Positions 10,804 through 20,007 of a DNA stretch of 64,000 bases are shown piece by piece; within the stretch, counting starts at the first letter, position 1; every line of letters begins with the position of its first letter. The notes beneath the pieces were generated by a model. That model did not search any database, had not been told where the DNA came from, and saw nothing but the letters and a program-made list of their open reading frames with translations. This DNA is from Kiloniellales bacterium (GTDB lineage: Bacteria > Pseudomonadota > Alphaproteobacteria > Kiloniellales > JAKSDN01): positions 9,559 through 73,558 of the forward strand of contig JANQLT010000186.1 in assembly GCA_028280455.1 (NCBI GenBank), in the 5' to 3' direction. The position numbers and the translations under genes are program-made.

Positions 10804-10888
10804 GAATCGCAAAAGTACGTTCATCCGATCCATGGATCGAGCGTTACATCCTGGGTCGGCCATCAACCCAAGAACAGGGAGCCTAGAC

Positions 10889-11938
10889 ATGATCCGACTA
10901 AACAGACGACATTTTCTGATGGGGGCCGCGGCCGGCGGCGTGTTCGCCCTGCCGCCGGCCCGCCGGCTCGCGGCCCAGACCGAGACGATCACCGTCACGA
11001 GCTATGGCGGTGTCTGGGAAGAGGCTATTCGGGGCATCTTCGTTGCGGATTTCACCGCGCGCACCGGCGGCAAGGCCGAGGTGCAGATCGGCGGCCCGCC
11101 GCAGTGGATGAGCCAGATCGAAGCGAATCTGGCCGATCCGCCCATCGACGTTCTGGTGAACACGATTGACCTGGCCTTGGTCGCGGGCCGGACCGGGCTG
11201 GTCGAGAAGATAGACCCGTCCAAGCTTTCGAACCTCGCCGATATCCCCCAGCGTTTCGTCGATGTCGTCGAAGGCTGGGGGGTTGTGTTCGACTATGGTT
11301 CGGCTGGCATCGCCTATCACCGCGAGCGGCTGCGCAACCCGCCGACCAGCATCAAGGGCATGGTCGAGGGCGCGCTGAGAGGTGATTTCGTGCTGTCGCT
11401 GCCGGGCATTAGCTACGCACCGACTCCGCAAATGCTGATCTGGTCGTTCGCCGATGCGCTCGGGGGCAGCGTGAACAATGTTGATCCGGCCTTCGAGGCG
11501 CTGAAGGCCTTGCAGGACAAGCGTGCCGTGATCTTCTACGGCGGGGCGACGGAGTTCCTCAACCACCTTGAAGCCGGTGAAGCGGAAATCGGCATCTATT
11601 GGGACGGCCGCACCTGGGCGCACTATTCGACGGGCGCCGAATGGATCGGCTACATCAATCCCGACGAGGGCGGCGTGATGAACCCGGTCGTGGTTCAGAA
11701 GGTCGTCAACTCGGACGACTCCGCGTGGGAGTACATTAACTCCATGCTGGCCCCGGCGCCTCAGCTCGCCTTCGCCGAGAAGGTGCAGTACGGCGTCACC
11801 AACACCAAGGTCGCGTATCCGGATTGGCTGAAAGACCGGATCACGCCCTGGGAGGCGACCCGATGGCCGCCCTTCGAGGAGATCGGCGCCAAGATTCCCG
11901 CCTGGGTCGATCGCTGGAACCGCGAGATCGGGGCTTGA
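10889..11938 (+). CDS. Periplasmic solute-binding protein, PotD/PotF (family 1) type
   Basis: ATG at 10889 is preceded by AGGGA. Tat/Sec-like leader MIRLNRRHFLMGAAAGGVFALP. The size and position between the ATPase and permeases fit a PotD-like binding protein. Confidence 0.85.
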   Translation: MIRLNRRHFLMGAAAGGVFALPPARRLAAQTETITVTSYGGVWEEAIRGIFVADFTARTGGKAEVQIGGPPQWMSQIEANLADPPIDVLVNTIDLALVAGRTGLVEKIDPSKLSNLADIPQRFVDVVEGWGVVFDYGSAGIAYHRERLRNPPTSIKGMVEGALRGDFVLSLPGISYAPTPQMLIWSFADALGGSVNNVDPAFEALKALQDKRAVIFYGGATEFLNHLEAGEAEIGIYWDGRTWAHYSTGAEWIGYINPDEGGVMNPVVVQKVVNSDDSAWEYINSMLAPAPQLAFAEKVQYGVTNTKVAYPDWLKDRITPWEATRWPPFEEIGAKIPAWVDRWNREIGA

Positions 11939-11942
11939 GCCT

Positions 11943-12824
11943 TTGAACGGGACGCGCATCCTGCCTTGGCCCACCGCCGGCGTCCGGCCGCATAGGCTGG
12001 TCGCCGGATGGTGGGTCGTGCCGTCCCTGCTGTTTCTGGCGGCCTTCTTCATCGCGCCGCTCTTCGTGATCCTGGAGATGAGTTTCCAGGAGGGCCGGCT
12101 TCCGGTCGAGGGCGCCGGCGTCTTTCAGAACTATCAGCGGCTGTTTGCCGACACCTTTTATCTGGGCGTGATCGCGGAGACGGTCGGGTTAAGCGTCGTC
12201 GTGACGCTCGTCTCCGTCCTCATGGGCTATCCCGTGGCCTATTTCATGGTCCGCCACGCCTCCGGACGCAGCTACGATCTGATCGTCTTCCTTTTGATCG
12301 CGCCGCTCCTGACGTCGATCATTATGCGAACCTTCGGCTGGCAGGTGCTCTTGGCGCGCCGGGGTCTCATCAATGAGGCCCTTATGATGCTAAATCTGAT
12401 CGAGCGACCGCTCGGACTCCTGAACAGCCCGCTCGCCATCGTGGTGGGGCTCGTTCATGTGCTGGTCCCCTTCATGGTGTTGTCGATTGCCTCGGTTCTT
12501 CAAGGGATCGACCGTCGGCTCGAGGAATCGGCCCGCATACTGGGCGCGGGAAAGCTGCAAACCTTCCTGCGCGTCACCTTTCCGCTGAGCATCGATGGAG
12601 TCGGCACCGGCGCGATCCTGGTCTTCATGCTGGCCAATGGCAGCTTCGTGACCCTGCTTCTCTTGGGTGGCGGCACGTTGCAGACCTTGCCGCTTCTGAT
12701 CTATCAGCAGTTCAACACCACGCGCGACTTTCCCTTTGCCGCCACCATGAGCAATGCCCTGCTCGTGCTCGCGGTTTGCTGCCTCTACGCACAGCTCCGG
12801 CTGATCCGCCGGCGCGGTGTCTGA
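11943..12824 (+). CDS. ABC transporter permease, PotB-like
   Basis: Six predicted TM segments and an EAA loop LEESARILGAGKLQTFLRVTFPL. The start is a TTG, so the exact start is uncertain. Confidence 0.85.
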   Translation: MNGTRILPWPTAGVRPHRLVAGWWVVPSLLFLAAFFIAPLFVILEMSFQEGRLPVEGAGVFQNYQRLFADTFYLGVIAETVGLSVVVTLVSVLMGYPVAYFMVRHASGRSYDLIVFLLIAPLLTSIIMRTFGWQVLLARRGLINEALMMLNLIERPLGLLNSPLAIVVGLVHVLVPFMVLSIASVLQGIDRRLEESARILGAGKLQTFLRVTFPLSIDGVGTGAILVFMLANGSFVTLLLLGGGTLQTLPLLIYQQFNTTRDFPFAATMSNALLVLAVCCLYAQLRLIRRRGV

Positions 12825-12863
12825 ATCCGGCGCGAGGGCAGGGGCTGAGGCAGGAGAGAACTC

Positions 12864-13673
12864 ATGGCACAGATGCGGGAAGACGTGCGGGAACGTTGGG
12901 CCCTTGCCGCCTTCACGATCGCCTTTTTCGTCTTCCTGATCGCACCGATTCTGGTTGTCGTGGCCGTGTCGTTCACCTCCGTCAGCTATGTCAGTTTTCC
13001 CATCCAGGGCTTCTCCTTGCGCTGGTTCTGGCGGATTGTCGAATACCGGCCGTTCCTGGACGCCCTCGGCGTCACAATCCAGGTGGCGTTCCTCTCGACC
13101 GCCGTCGCGGTTCTGATCGGGGTGCCGGCGGCCTTGGGCCTTGTGCGGTCACGCGGTGCCTCGGCCGAGGTGGCGATGACGTTTCTTTTGTCCCCGCTTT
13201 CGATGCCGATGATCGTGCTAGGTCTGGCGTTGCTCTTCTATCTCTCCGCGCTGGGGCTCGGCATCTCACTGATCTCGCTTGTTATTGCGCACGCCGTGAT
13301 CGGCTTGCCCTATGTCGTGCGTACGGTGGCCGGGGTCTATCGCGGCGTGTCGCCGGACCTGGAGGAGAGCGCGACCATGCTCGGCGCCAACCGATGGCAG
13401 GTTTTGCGCCATGTGACCTTGCCGCAGATCCGCCCCGGCATTTTTGCCGGTGCCTTGTTCTCGATCCTGATCTCCGTTGACAACCTGCCGATCTCCTTCT
13501 TCTTCGGGAGCCCATCGACGAACACCCTGCCGGTGGTGATGTTGAGTTACCTGGAGCATCAGTTCGATCCCTCCATCGCCGCCCTCAGCACGGTACAGAT
13601 GGTCCTGGCGCTCGCCGGCCTGCTGGTCATCGAGCGGTTTTACGGCCTGCGCCATCTGGGGGCGCCGACATGA
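12864..13673 (+). CDS. ABC transporter permease, PotC-like
   Basis: EAA loop LEESATMLGANRWQVLRHVTLPQI and a multi-TM sequence. The stop overlaps the next start. Confidence 0.88.
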   Translation: MAQMREDVRERWALAAFTIAFFVFLIAPILVVVAVSFTSVSYVSFPIQGFSLRWFWRIVEYRPFLDALGVTIQVAFLSTAVAVLIGVPAALGLVRSRGASAEVAMTFLLSPLSMPMIVLGLALLFYLSALGLGISLISLVIAHAVIGLPYVVRTVAGVYRGVSPDLEESATMLGANRWQVLRHVTLPQIRPGIFAGALFSILISVDNLPISFFFGSPSTNTLPVVMLSYLEHQFDPSIAALSTVQMVLALAGLLVIERFYGLRHLGAPT

Positions 13674-14668
13674 CCCCGGTCGTCGTGCTGGGCGCGCGCC
13701 GGGCTCTCGGGCAGTCCTTGTTATCGGGGCTTGTCAGTCACCCCTGGTTCGAGATCGTGGCTGTTGGCGATCTTGGCGCGCCCACCGAGGACGATCGGTT
13801 TGAGAGCGTGTGCCCTTGGCGGGCCGGCACGCCTATGCCGGAGAAATTACGCGCCCTGCCGCATCGAACGGGCCATGCCGAGGCCTTGGCGGACCTCGCT
13901 GGCCCGGGACGCCTGGTTCTCTCCGTGCTCGAGGACGGGCGCTCGGCAGAAGCGGATTGGGCCTGCGGGAAGGCCGGCGCCCGCGTGGTGACCCATGCCG
14001 AGGATCTGCGGCTTCACCCGGACGTGCCACTGGTGATTCCCGAGCTCGCGACCGGGCCGCCACCGGCGTGCTTGGTCGCGACGCCGAATTGCACAACCGT
14101 CTTGCTTGGACTGGCCCTCCATGCGGTGCAGCCTTTGGCTCAGATCGAGGCGGTGACGGTGACCTGCCTGCAGGCCGTCTCCGGCGCCGATCTGCCGGGG
14201 CCGCCCGCGCTCGATATGCTCGATAATCTGTTCCCGCATTTGCGGGGCGAGGAAAGCGCCTTGGAGCACGAGACAAGCCGTCTGTTTGGGGGCAGGTTCC
14301 CGGTCTCGGCCCAGGCTGTTCGTGTTCCGGTCAGAATAGGGCACACGCTGCTGGTGTCGCTGAAGCTGTCTCGTCGGGTCAGCGAACAAGATCTGTGCGA
14401 TGCCTGGCGCAGCTACGAGGCGCCCGGCGCGCTGCGTGCTCTGCCAAGTATTGTCGAGCGGCCCATTCGCGTGGCCGAGGCCGCCGACCGCCCTTGCCCC
14501 GAACCGGATGCCCGTGCCGCGGACGGCATGGCGATCTCACTCGGCGCGCTCAGGCCCTGCCCTGTGTTCGACTGGCGCTTTGTGCTCGTCGGAAACAACA
14601 TGATTCGCGGCTCCGCTGGCATGAGTCTCTTGACGGGGGAATGGATGATGGCGTGTGGCGGTGACTGA
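13670..14668 (+). CDS. Aspartate-semialdehyde dehydrogenase family paralogue
   Basis: Active-site context ATPNCTT, LQAVSGA, and RVPVRIGHTL. 332 aa, translationally coupled to the permease gene. Confidence 0.8.
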   Translation: MTPVVVLGARRALGQSLLSGLVSHPWFEIVAVGDLGAPTEDDRFESVCPWRAGTPMPEKLRALPHRTGHAEALADLAGPGRLVLSVLEDGRSAEADWACGKAGARVVTHAEDLRLHPDVPLVIPELATGPPPACLVATPNCTTVLLGLALHAVQPLAQIEAVTVTCLQAVSGADLPGPPALDMLDNLFPHLRGEESALEHETSRLFGGRFPVSAQAVRVPVRIGHTLLVSLKLSRRVSEQDLCDAWRSYEAPGALRALPSIVERPIRVAEAADRPCPEPDARAADGMAISLGALRPCPVFDWRFVLVGNNMIRGSAGMSLLTGEWMMACGGD

Positions 14669-14684
14669 TCCCGATCGACACGAT

Positions 14685-14714
14685 GGAATCCAGGGGAATC
14701 CATGGGAATCCAGG
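14685..14714. repeat. 3 x 10-bp tandem repeat (GGAATCCAGG GGAATCCATG GGAATCCAGG)
   Basis: Read directly in the convergent intergenic region between the asd-like and dctM-like genes. Confidence 0.6.
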
Positions 14715-14964
14715 TGGTCAAGGGCTCGTCCTCGCGCCACGTCATCTCCGTCGGCCAACGGCCGTATTCTTGGTCGTGGGCCTCCGATTCCGTCCGTTAG
14801 AAGCGGCGTCTAATCTGGAACCCCTGGGCGCGGACCGCTCGAGACAGGCGGGGATGGCTCGGACTGACTCTCCTAGCCCGCTTCCCGCGGATGCCATTCT
14901 CGCAATCCGGCGATCGGGCGCTCAGCTGCGGTCAAGGTCCCGACGGACGCGCGCGGTCCGGCGC

Positions 14965-16266
14965 CTAGCCGAGGAGCGTGGGGACGAAGGTGCTGATCTG
15001 CGGCAGCACGATCAGTAACCCGGTCATGACGATCAGTGCGACGATGAAAGGCAGCACCGCCATGGTCACCTGCTCCAGCGACGCACCCGAGATCCGCATG
15101 GCCACGAAGAGATTGGCCCCGAGCGGCGGCGTCAGGAAGCTGATCTCGGAGGTGATGATCAGCAGGATGCCGAAGTGAACCGGGTCCACGCCGAGCTGGG
15201 TCACGACCGGCAGCAGGATGGGCGTCAGGATGATGATGGTCGCCAGAGTCTCCATGAACGTGCCGATCACGATCAGGGTCAGCCCGATCAGGATGAGCAG
15301 GACGATCCAGCTATCGGTGATCTCCAGGAGCCCCGCGCCGATCGCCTGCGGGATCTGATAGGTGGTCAGCACCCGCCCGAACCCGCCGGCAAGACCGACG
15401 ATGATCGTCACGGTGCCGCAGACCACCACGGCATGCAGAAGCGCCCGGTAGATGTCGTCCCAACCGAGTTCGCGGTAGACGAGCCCGCCGACCACGAGGG
15501 CATAGGCGACCGCGACGACCGATGCCTCGGTCGGCGTGAAAACACCGCCGTAGATGCCGCCAAGAATGATGACGGGAGCCAGCAGCGCCAAGGTCGCGCC
15601 CTTCAGCGCGCTCATGAAGCGCGCTGCGGAGAGCGTCTGGCCGGTCCCGCCATAGCCGCTCTGGCGCGATAGCCACCAGCTCACGGCGATGAGGGCTCCG
15701 CTGACCATGAGCCCCGGCAAGATGCCGGCCATGAACATGTCGGTGATCGACACATTGCCGGCGACGCCATAGAAGATCATCGGTGTGGAGGGCGGTATCA
15801 TGATGCCGATCGTGCCGCCGGTGGAGGCAACCGCGCCGGCAAACCCGGGCGAGTAGCCGCGCTGGATCATCGCGGGGATCATGATGGCCCCGATCGCGGC
15901 GACCGTTGCGGGGCCCGAGCCGCTGATCGCCGCGAAGAAGACGCAGGCGAGGATCGTCACGCAGGCCAGGCCGCCCGAGACATTGCCGATCAGCACCTCG
16001 GCAAATGCGATCAGCCGGCGCGACAGGCCGCCGAACTGCATGAGGTAGCCCGCCAGAACGAAAAACGGCACGGCCATGAGCGGAAAGGAGTTGGTCGCGT
16101 TGTATGCCGTCTGCGGCATGAGGACGCCGGGCATGCCCTTTGTATAGAGCACGATCAAGGTCGCGGCGCCCAGGGCATAGGCTATGGGCACACCGATGAA
16201 CAGCAGCAAGGCGAATGCGCCGAACAGCAGCAGGCTGACATCGATCCCAGCAAGCAGCTCAAACAT
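14965..16266 (-). CDS. dctM: TRAP transporter large permease (DctM family)
   Basis: 433-aa polytopic membrane protein with the typical DctM N-terminus MFELLAGIDVSLLLFGAF. It overlaps the dctQ-like stop. Confidence 0.92.
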   Translation of the reverse strand: MFELLAGIDVSLLLFGAFALLLFIGVPIAYALGAATLIVLYTKGMPGVLMPQTAYNATNSFPLMAVPFFVLAGYLMQFGGLSRRLIAFAEVLIGNVSGGLACVTILACVFFAAISGSGPATVAAIGAIMIPAMIQRGYSPGFAGAVASTGGTIGIMIPPSTPMIFYGVAGNVSITDMFMAGILPGLMVSGALIAVSWWLSRQSGYGGTGQTLSAARFMSALKGATLALLAPVIILGGIYGGVFTPTEASVVAVAYALVVGGLVYRELGWDDIYRALLHAVVVCGTVTIIVGLAGGFGRVLTTYQIPQAIGAGLLEITDSWIVLLILIGLTLIVIGTFMETLATIIILTPILLPVVTQLGVDPVHFGILLIITSEISFLTPPLGANLFVAMRISGASLEQVTMAVLPFIVALIVMTGLLIVLPQISTFVPTLLG

Positions 16267-16780
16267 TCATCGGGTCTCGCCTGCGTGACACGATCACATA
16301 GCCCAGCCGCAGCACCTGAAGCCCGAAGCTCAGCGGCATAATCAAATAGACCCAGAACATCGACAGCCGCGTTGCCGGCAGATCGAAGGAAAAGCGCAGC
16401 GTGGAGAGCATCAACTCCAGCCCGTGCCAGGTCATGGCGCAGCAGAAGGCGAGCGTGGCCAGGTCTCCCGCGGCCTCGATCCAGGGCCGCCACCGCGCCG
16501 GCATGGCCCGGATGCCGGCGAGTACCCGGATGTGCAGACAGCGGCGCATGGCGACAATGGCTCCGAGGAACACCACCCAGACGAAGGCGACGCGGGCCAG
16601 CTCGTCCATCCAGCTGAAGCCGGCCGAGAAGATGAATCGGGCGACGACCTGCGCGCCGACCAGGCCCGTCATGGCCACCAGCAAGAGGACGGCGAGGCGT
16701 TCCTCCAGCTGATTGAGATGATCGACAAGGGACGGAGCTGGGGACGGGGCCGGGGCGGGACCGGGCTCGGAGGAGGGCAC
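16259..16780 (-). CDS. dctQ: TRAP transporter small permease (DctQ family)
   Basis: Four hydrophobic segments, overlapping dctM by 8 nt. GTG start, so the exact start is uncertain. Confidence 0.82.
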   Translation of the reverse strand: MPSSEPGPAPAPSPAPSLVDHLNQLEERLAVLLLVAMTGLVGAQVVARFIFSAGFSWMDELARVAFVWVVFLGAIVAMRRCLHIRVLAGIRAMPARWRPWIEAAGDLATLAFCCAMTWHGLELMLSTLRFSFDLPATRLSMFWVYLIMPLSFGLQVLRLGYVIVSRRRDPMNV

Positions 16781-16804
16781 GACGATTCCTCTTTCATGAT
16801 TTTG

Positions 16805-16830
16805 CCGATATGTGATATATCACATATCGG
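16805..16830. promoter_or_regulatory. Perfect 26-bp palindrome CCGATATGTGATATATCACATATCGG (candidate GntR/FadR-type operator)
   Basis: It lies in the 99-bp divergent region between dctQ and dctP. It contains the GT-N-AC core typical of GntR-family sites, and a GntR gene follows dctP. Confidence 0.6.
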
Positions 16831-16879
16831 AATCAGTGCGAAAGCTCCAAAAACGGCACAGAGGGACAAGGAGGGAGAC

Positions 16880-17875
16880 ATGAGATTCGGGTTGAAAGCT
16901 GCGGTGATGGCGTGTGTTGCCTTGGCGTGGGGGCTGCACATCTCGCAGGCCGCTGCGCAGGATTACCAATGGCGTGTCGCCGTGGTGACGCCTCCGGGGC
17001 ACCCCTATAATCTGGGATTGGAGGCATTCAAGAAGCAGGTCGAAGAGGGCAGTGGCGGCCGGATCGGGGTGACCGTCTTCCCCTCCAGTCAGCTTGGCGG
17101 CGAGGTGGAATCGGCCAAGAACGTTCAGCTCGGCACGCTCGACATGACGGTCATTTCGACCAGCAACACGGCCCCCTTCTACAAGGAGCTTGAGGTTTTT
17201 GGCCTGCCTTATCTCTTCAAGAGCCTGAGCTGCTCATACAAAGTACTGGACGGTCCCATTGGCCAGGGAATGGCGGAGGCCTTGCGCAACGAGGCGGGTC
17301 TGCGCGTGCTCGGCTGGTACACTTTCGGGATGCGCCAGCTTTTCAACACCAAGCGGCCCGTGAGGACCCCAGCGGACATGAAGGGCTTGCTGTTCCGCGT
17401 GCCGGCCGACCAACTGGCCGAGGCTGCCTATCGCGCGCTGGGCGCGAATCCCATCCCCATGGCCTTTCCCGAGATGTTCAGCGGCTTGCAGCAAGGTGTC
17501 ATCGACGGTGCCGACAATCCGCTGATCACGCTGCATCAGTTCAAGTGGTACGAGGTGGTGAAGTATGCCTCGATCACCAATACGGCGGCCGGACTTTCGA
17601 TGCTGCTCTTCAACGAAGGGACATTCTCGCGGCTGCCTGAGGATCTGCAGACACTGGTGCTCGAGGCGGGTCAAGCCTCCGCCGAAGTGAACCGCGCGGC
17701 GGAAGCGGACGCGACCTCGAAGGCGCGCAGGGCACTGGAGCAAGAAGGCGTGCAGATCGACGATGTGGACACCTCCGCGTTCCGGGCGGGCGTGGAGCCG
17801 GTGTTCAAGAAGGCAGCCCAGGATCTGGGTGTCGAGTTGCTCGACCGGATCGAAGCCGCCCAGAGCGGTTGCTGA
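16880..17875 (+). CDS. dctP: TRAP transporter periplasmic solute-binding protein (DctP family)
   Basis: ATG at 16880 follows GGAGGGAG. Signal peptide MRFGLKAAVMACVALAWGLHISQAAAQ. The upstream 152 codons of ORF 16424.. are antisense to dctQ. Confidence 0.9.
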   Translation: MRFGLKAAVMACVALAWGLHISQAAAQDYQWRVAVVTPPGHPYNLGLEAFKKQVEEGSGGRIGVTVFPSSQLGGEVESAKNVQLGTLDMTVISTSNTAPFYKELEVFGLPYLFKSLSCSYKVLDGPIGQGMAEALRNEAGLRVLGWYTFGMRQLFNTKRPVRTPADMKGLLFRVPADQLAEAAYRALGANPIPMAFPEMFSGLQQGVIDGADNPLITLHQFKWYEVVKYASITNTAAGLSMLLFNEGTFSRLPEDLQTLVLEAGQASAEVNRAAEADATSKARRALEQEGVQIDDVDTSAFRAGVEPVFKKAAQDLGVELLDRIEAAQSGC

Positions 17876-17897
17876 GAGAGAAGGAACGCGTCCGCAT

Positions 17898-18656
17898 ATG
17901 ACTATCGCCGCCGCCGACGCGACTCATCGCGGGGCCAGCGCCTCTGAAGACGAAGCCGGCGGCGAGCCTTCGGCGCGGACGGCCCGGACGCAAGAGGCGG
18001 ATCTCGGCGTGGTCGATCGCGCCGAGACCCTGGCCGAGCAAGCCTATGCCAACATCAAGACCGCGCTGATGAACGGCCTGCTCGCGCCCGGTGAGGCGGT
18101 CAGCGGTCGCCGCATCGCCGCCACCTTCGGTATCAGCCTGACGCCTGCGCGGGAGGCGCTGATGCGCCTTTCGGCGGAGCGCGCGCTGGACGTGGATCCG
18201 CGGCGTACCTTCTCCGTTCCGATGCTCAATCGCCGGTCTTATGCGGAACTGCTCACGATCCGACTGATGTTGGAGGGGTACGCCACCGAGGTTGCCGCGA
18301 CGGCGATGAGCCCGGCGACGATCGACAAGCTCGCCGCGATCAATACACGGCTCTCCGATGCGATCAATCGCGACGCGCTCAAGCAGTCGCTGGAGCTGAA
18401 CAGGCTGTTTCACTTTACGATCTATCGGGCGGCCGGCATGCCGGATCTCTTCGGTCTTATCGAGGGGCTATGGCTCAGGGTGGGTCCGGTGTTCAACCTG
18501 CTTTACCCCGACTATCAGCGCGCCGGGCGGGGACGCAACAACCACCTGGAGGCCATCGACGCCATTTGCGCTCGCGACGCGCCGCGCGCCAGGGCGGCTA
18601 TGGAGCAGGATCTTAACCAGGGTGCGGAGTATCTCCTGAAGCTATTGGATCAATGA
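17898..18656 (+). CDS. GntR-family regulator, FadR/FCD subfamily
   Basis: HTH ...GRRIAATFGISLTPAREALMRL, followed by an all-helical FCD-like C-terminal domain. ATG at 17898. Confidence 0.85.
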   Translation: MTIAAADATHRGASASEDEAGGEPSARTARTQEADLGVVDRAETLAEQAYANIKTALMNGLLAPGEAVSGRRIAATFGISLTPAREALMRLSAERALDVDPRRTFSVPMLNRRSYAELLTIRLMLEGYATEVAATAMSPATIDKLAAINTRLSDAINRDALKQSLELNRLFHFTIYRAAGMPDLFGLIEGLWLRVGPVFNLLYPDYQRAGRGRNNHLEAIDAICARDAPRARAAMEQDLNQGAEYLLKLLDQ

Positions 18657-19948
18657 TGCCGACGCTCGATGACAGGCCCCAAGATTGGGCCGAGAACAGG
18701 ACTGTGATGAAACTCCCGGAACAGGGTGTCGATTGGGCCGAACTCGAGGCCGAGATGACCGCGATGACCAGCGCGGACATCGACTGGCGGCGCGGCCGCA
18801 CGCCGCTCTACACTTTCTTTGCCACCGAGAACGTCAATGCCATCGGAAAGCAGGCCTTCACGAAGTTCATGAGCGAGAACGCGCTGGGTGGCAAGCGCGC
18901 CTTCTTCGGGGTGAAGAGGATGGAGGATGAGGTTCTCGCCATCGGGCTCGACCTCTTCCACGCGCCGTCCGACGCGCAGGGCATCATGACCACTGGCGGA
19001 ACCGAGAGCATCGTGCTGGCGGTCAAGGGCTGCCGGGACTGGTTCCGGACGCGCAGGGGCACGGCGCGGCGACCCAACATCGTGGCCCCTTCAAGCGTCC
19101 ATCCGGCCTTTGACAAGGCGGGCGAGCTGATGGACATCCCGATCCGCCGGATTCCGCTGGGGCCGGACCTGCGTGCGGACGTGGCGCTGATCTCGGCCGC
19201 CGTGGACGAGGATACCATGATGGTCGTCGGCTCCGCGCCCTGCTTCCCGCACGGCCTGGTGGATCCGATCGAGAGCCTCGGAGACCTGGCGCTCGAACGC
19301 GACCTCTGGCTGCATGTGGATGCCTGCGTCGGCGGCTATGTGGCGCCCTTCGTCCGCATGCTCGGTCGTCCGCTGCCGGCTTTCGATCTCGAAATTGCCG
19401 GTGTGCGTTCGCTCTCGGCGGATCTGCACAAGTTCGGATTCTGTCCCAAGCCGGCCTCGACGCTTTTTTACCGCTATGCGGAAGATGCCGAGCGTCAGGC
19501 CTTCGACTTCGATACCTGGCCCAATGGCCGTTTGGCGACTAACACCCTGGTCGGAACCCGGCCGGCGGGCAGCGTGGCGGCGGCCTGGGCCATCCTGCAT
19601 CATCTTGGACGGACCGGCTATGTCGAGATCGCGCGCCGTCTTATGGAGATGATGGACGCCTATGCGGAGGGGGTCGAGTCGATCGAGGGTTTGCGCCTCT
19701 GGACGCGGCCGGAGTTGACCATCCTGAACTTCGGTGCCGAGGAGATCGACATCTTTTCAGTGGCCGACCACATGACGCGGGACGGCTGGCTCAGCGGGCT
19801 GACCAACAAGCCGCGCGGCATACACGCGATGATGGCTCTCCAACACGAGCCGGTGCGCGAGGAGTACCTTGCGGGTCTCCGGGCCGCGGTCGAGGCGGTC
19901 CGGCGTGCACCCCAAGACCGGCCCTCGACGCTGCGGGCAAGCTACTGA
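18653..19948 (+). CDS. PLP-dependent group II decarboxylase / sphingosine-1-phosphate-lyase-like enzyme
   Basis: PLP-lysine context SLSADLHKFGF. 431 aa. ATGA overlap with the gntR stop. Confidence 0.8.
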   Translation: MMPTLDDRPQDWAENRTVMKLPEQGVDWAELEAEMTAMTSADIDWRRGRTPLYTFFATENVNAIGKQAFTKFMSENALGGKRAFFGVKRMEDEVLAIGLDLFHAPSDAQGIMTTGGTESIVLAVKGCRDWFRTRRGTARRPNIVAPSSVHPAFDKAGELMDIPIRRIPLGPDLRADVALISAAVDEDTMMVVGSAPCFPHGLVDPIESLGDLALERDLWLHVDACVGGYVAPFVRMLGRPLPAFDLEIAGVRSLSADLHKFGFCPKPASTLFYRYAEDAERQAFDFDTWPNGRLATNTLVGTRPAGSVAAAWAILHHLGRTGYVEIARRLMEMMDAYAEGVESIEGLRLWTRPELTILNFGAEEIDIFSVADHMTRDGWLSGLTNKPRGIHAMMALQHEPVREEYLAGLRAAVEAVRRAPQDRPSTLRASY

Positions 19949-20007
19949 CCTAAGCCCCGCCCTCAATCCCACCGAAGACAAGACCGCATCGTCACAAGGG
20001 CTTCGCG

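Noticed and set aside
5743-12052. Minus-strand ORFs 5743..6666, 6812..7756, 9301..10251 and 10898..12052 (300-380 aa each)
   Set aside because: All lie opposite motif-supported potA/hyuA/hyuB/potD-like genes and show the Arg/Gly/Asp/His bias of GC-rich antisense frames.
14685-14714. A CRISPR array or other spacer-repeat structure anywhere in the window
   Set aside because: No repeat-spacer periodicity was seen. The only tandem repeat is 3 x 10 bp without spacers, and the two 155-bp palindromic elements are 12 kb apart.
16424-16879. A 152-codon N-terminal extension of the DctP ORF
   Set aside because: It overlaps dctQ on the opposite strand and the palindromic promoter. The signal peptide and RBS support the ATG at 16880.
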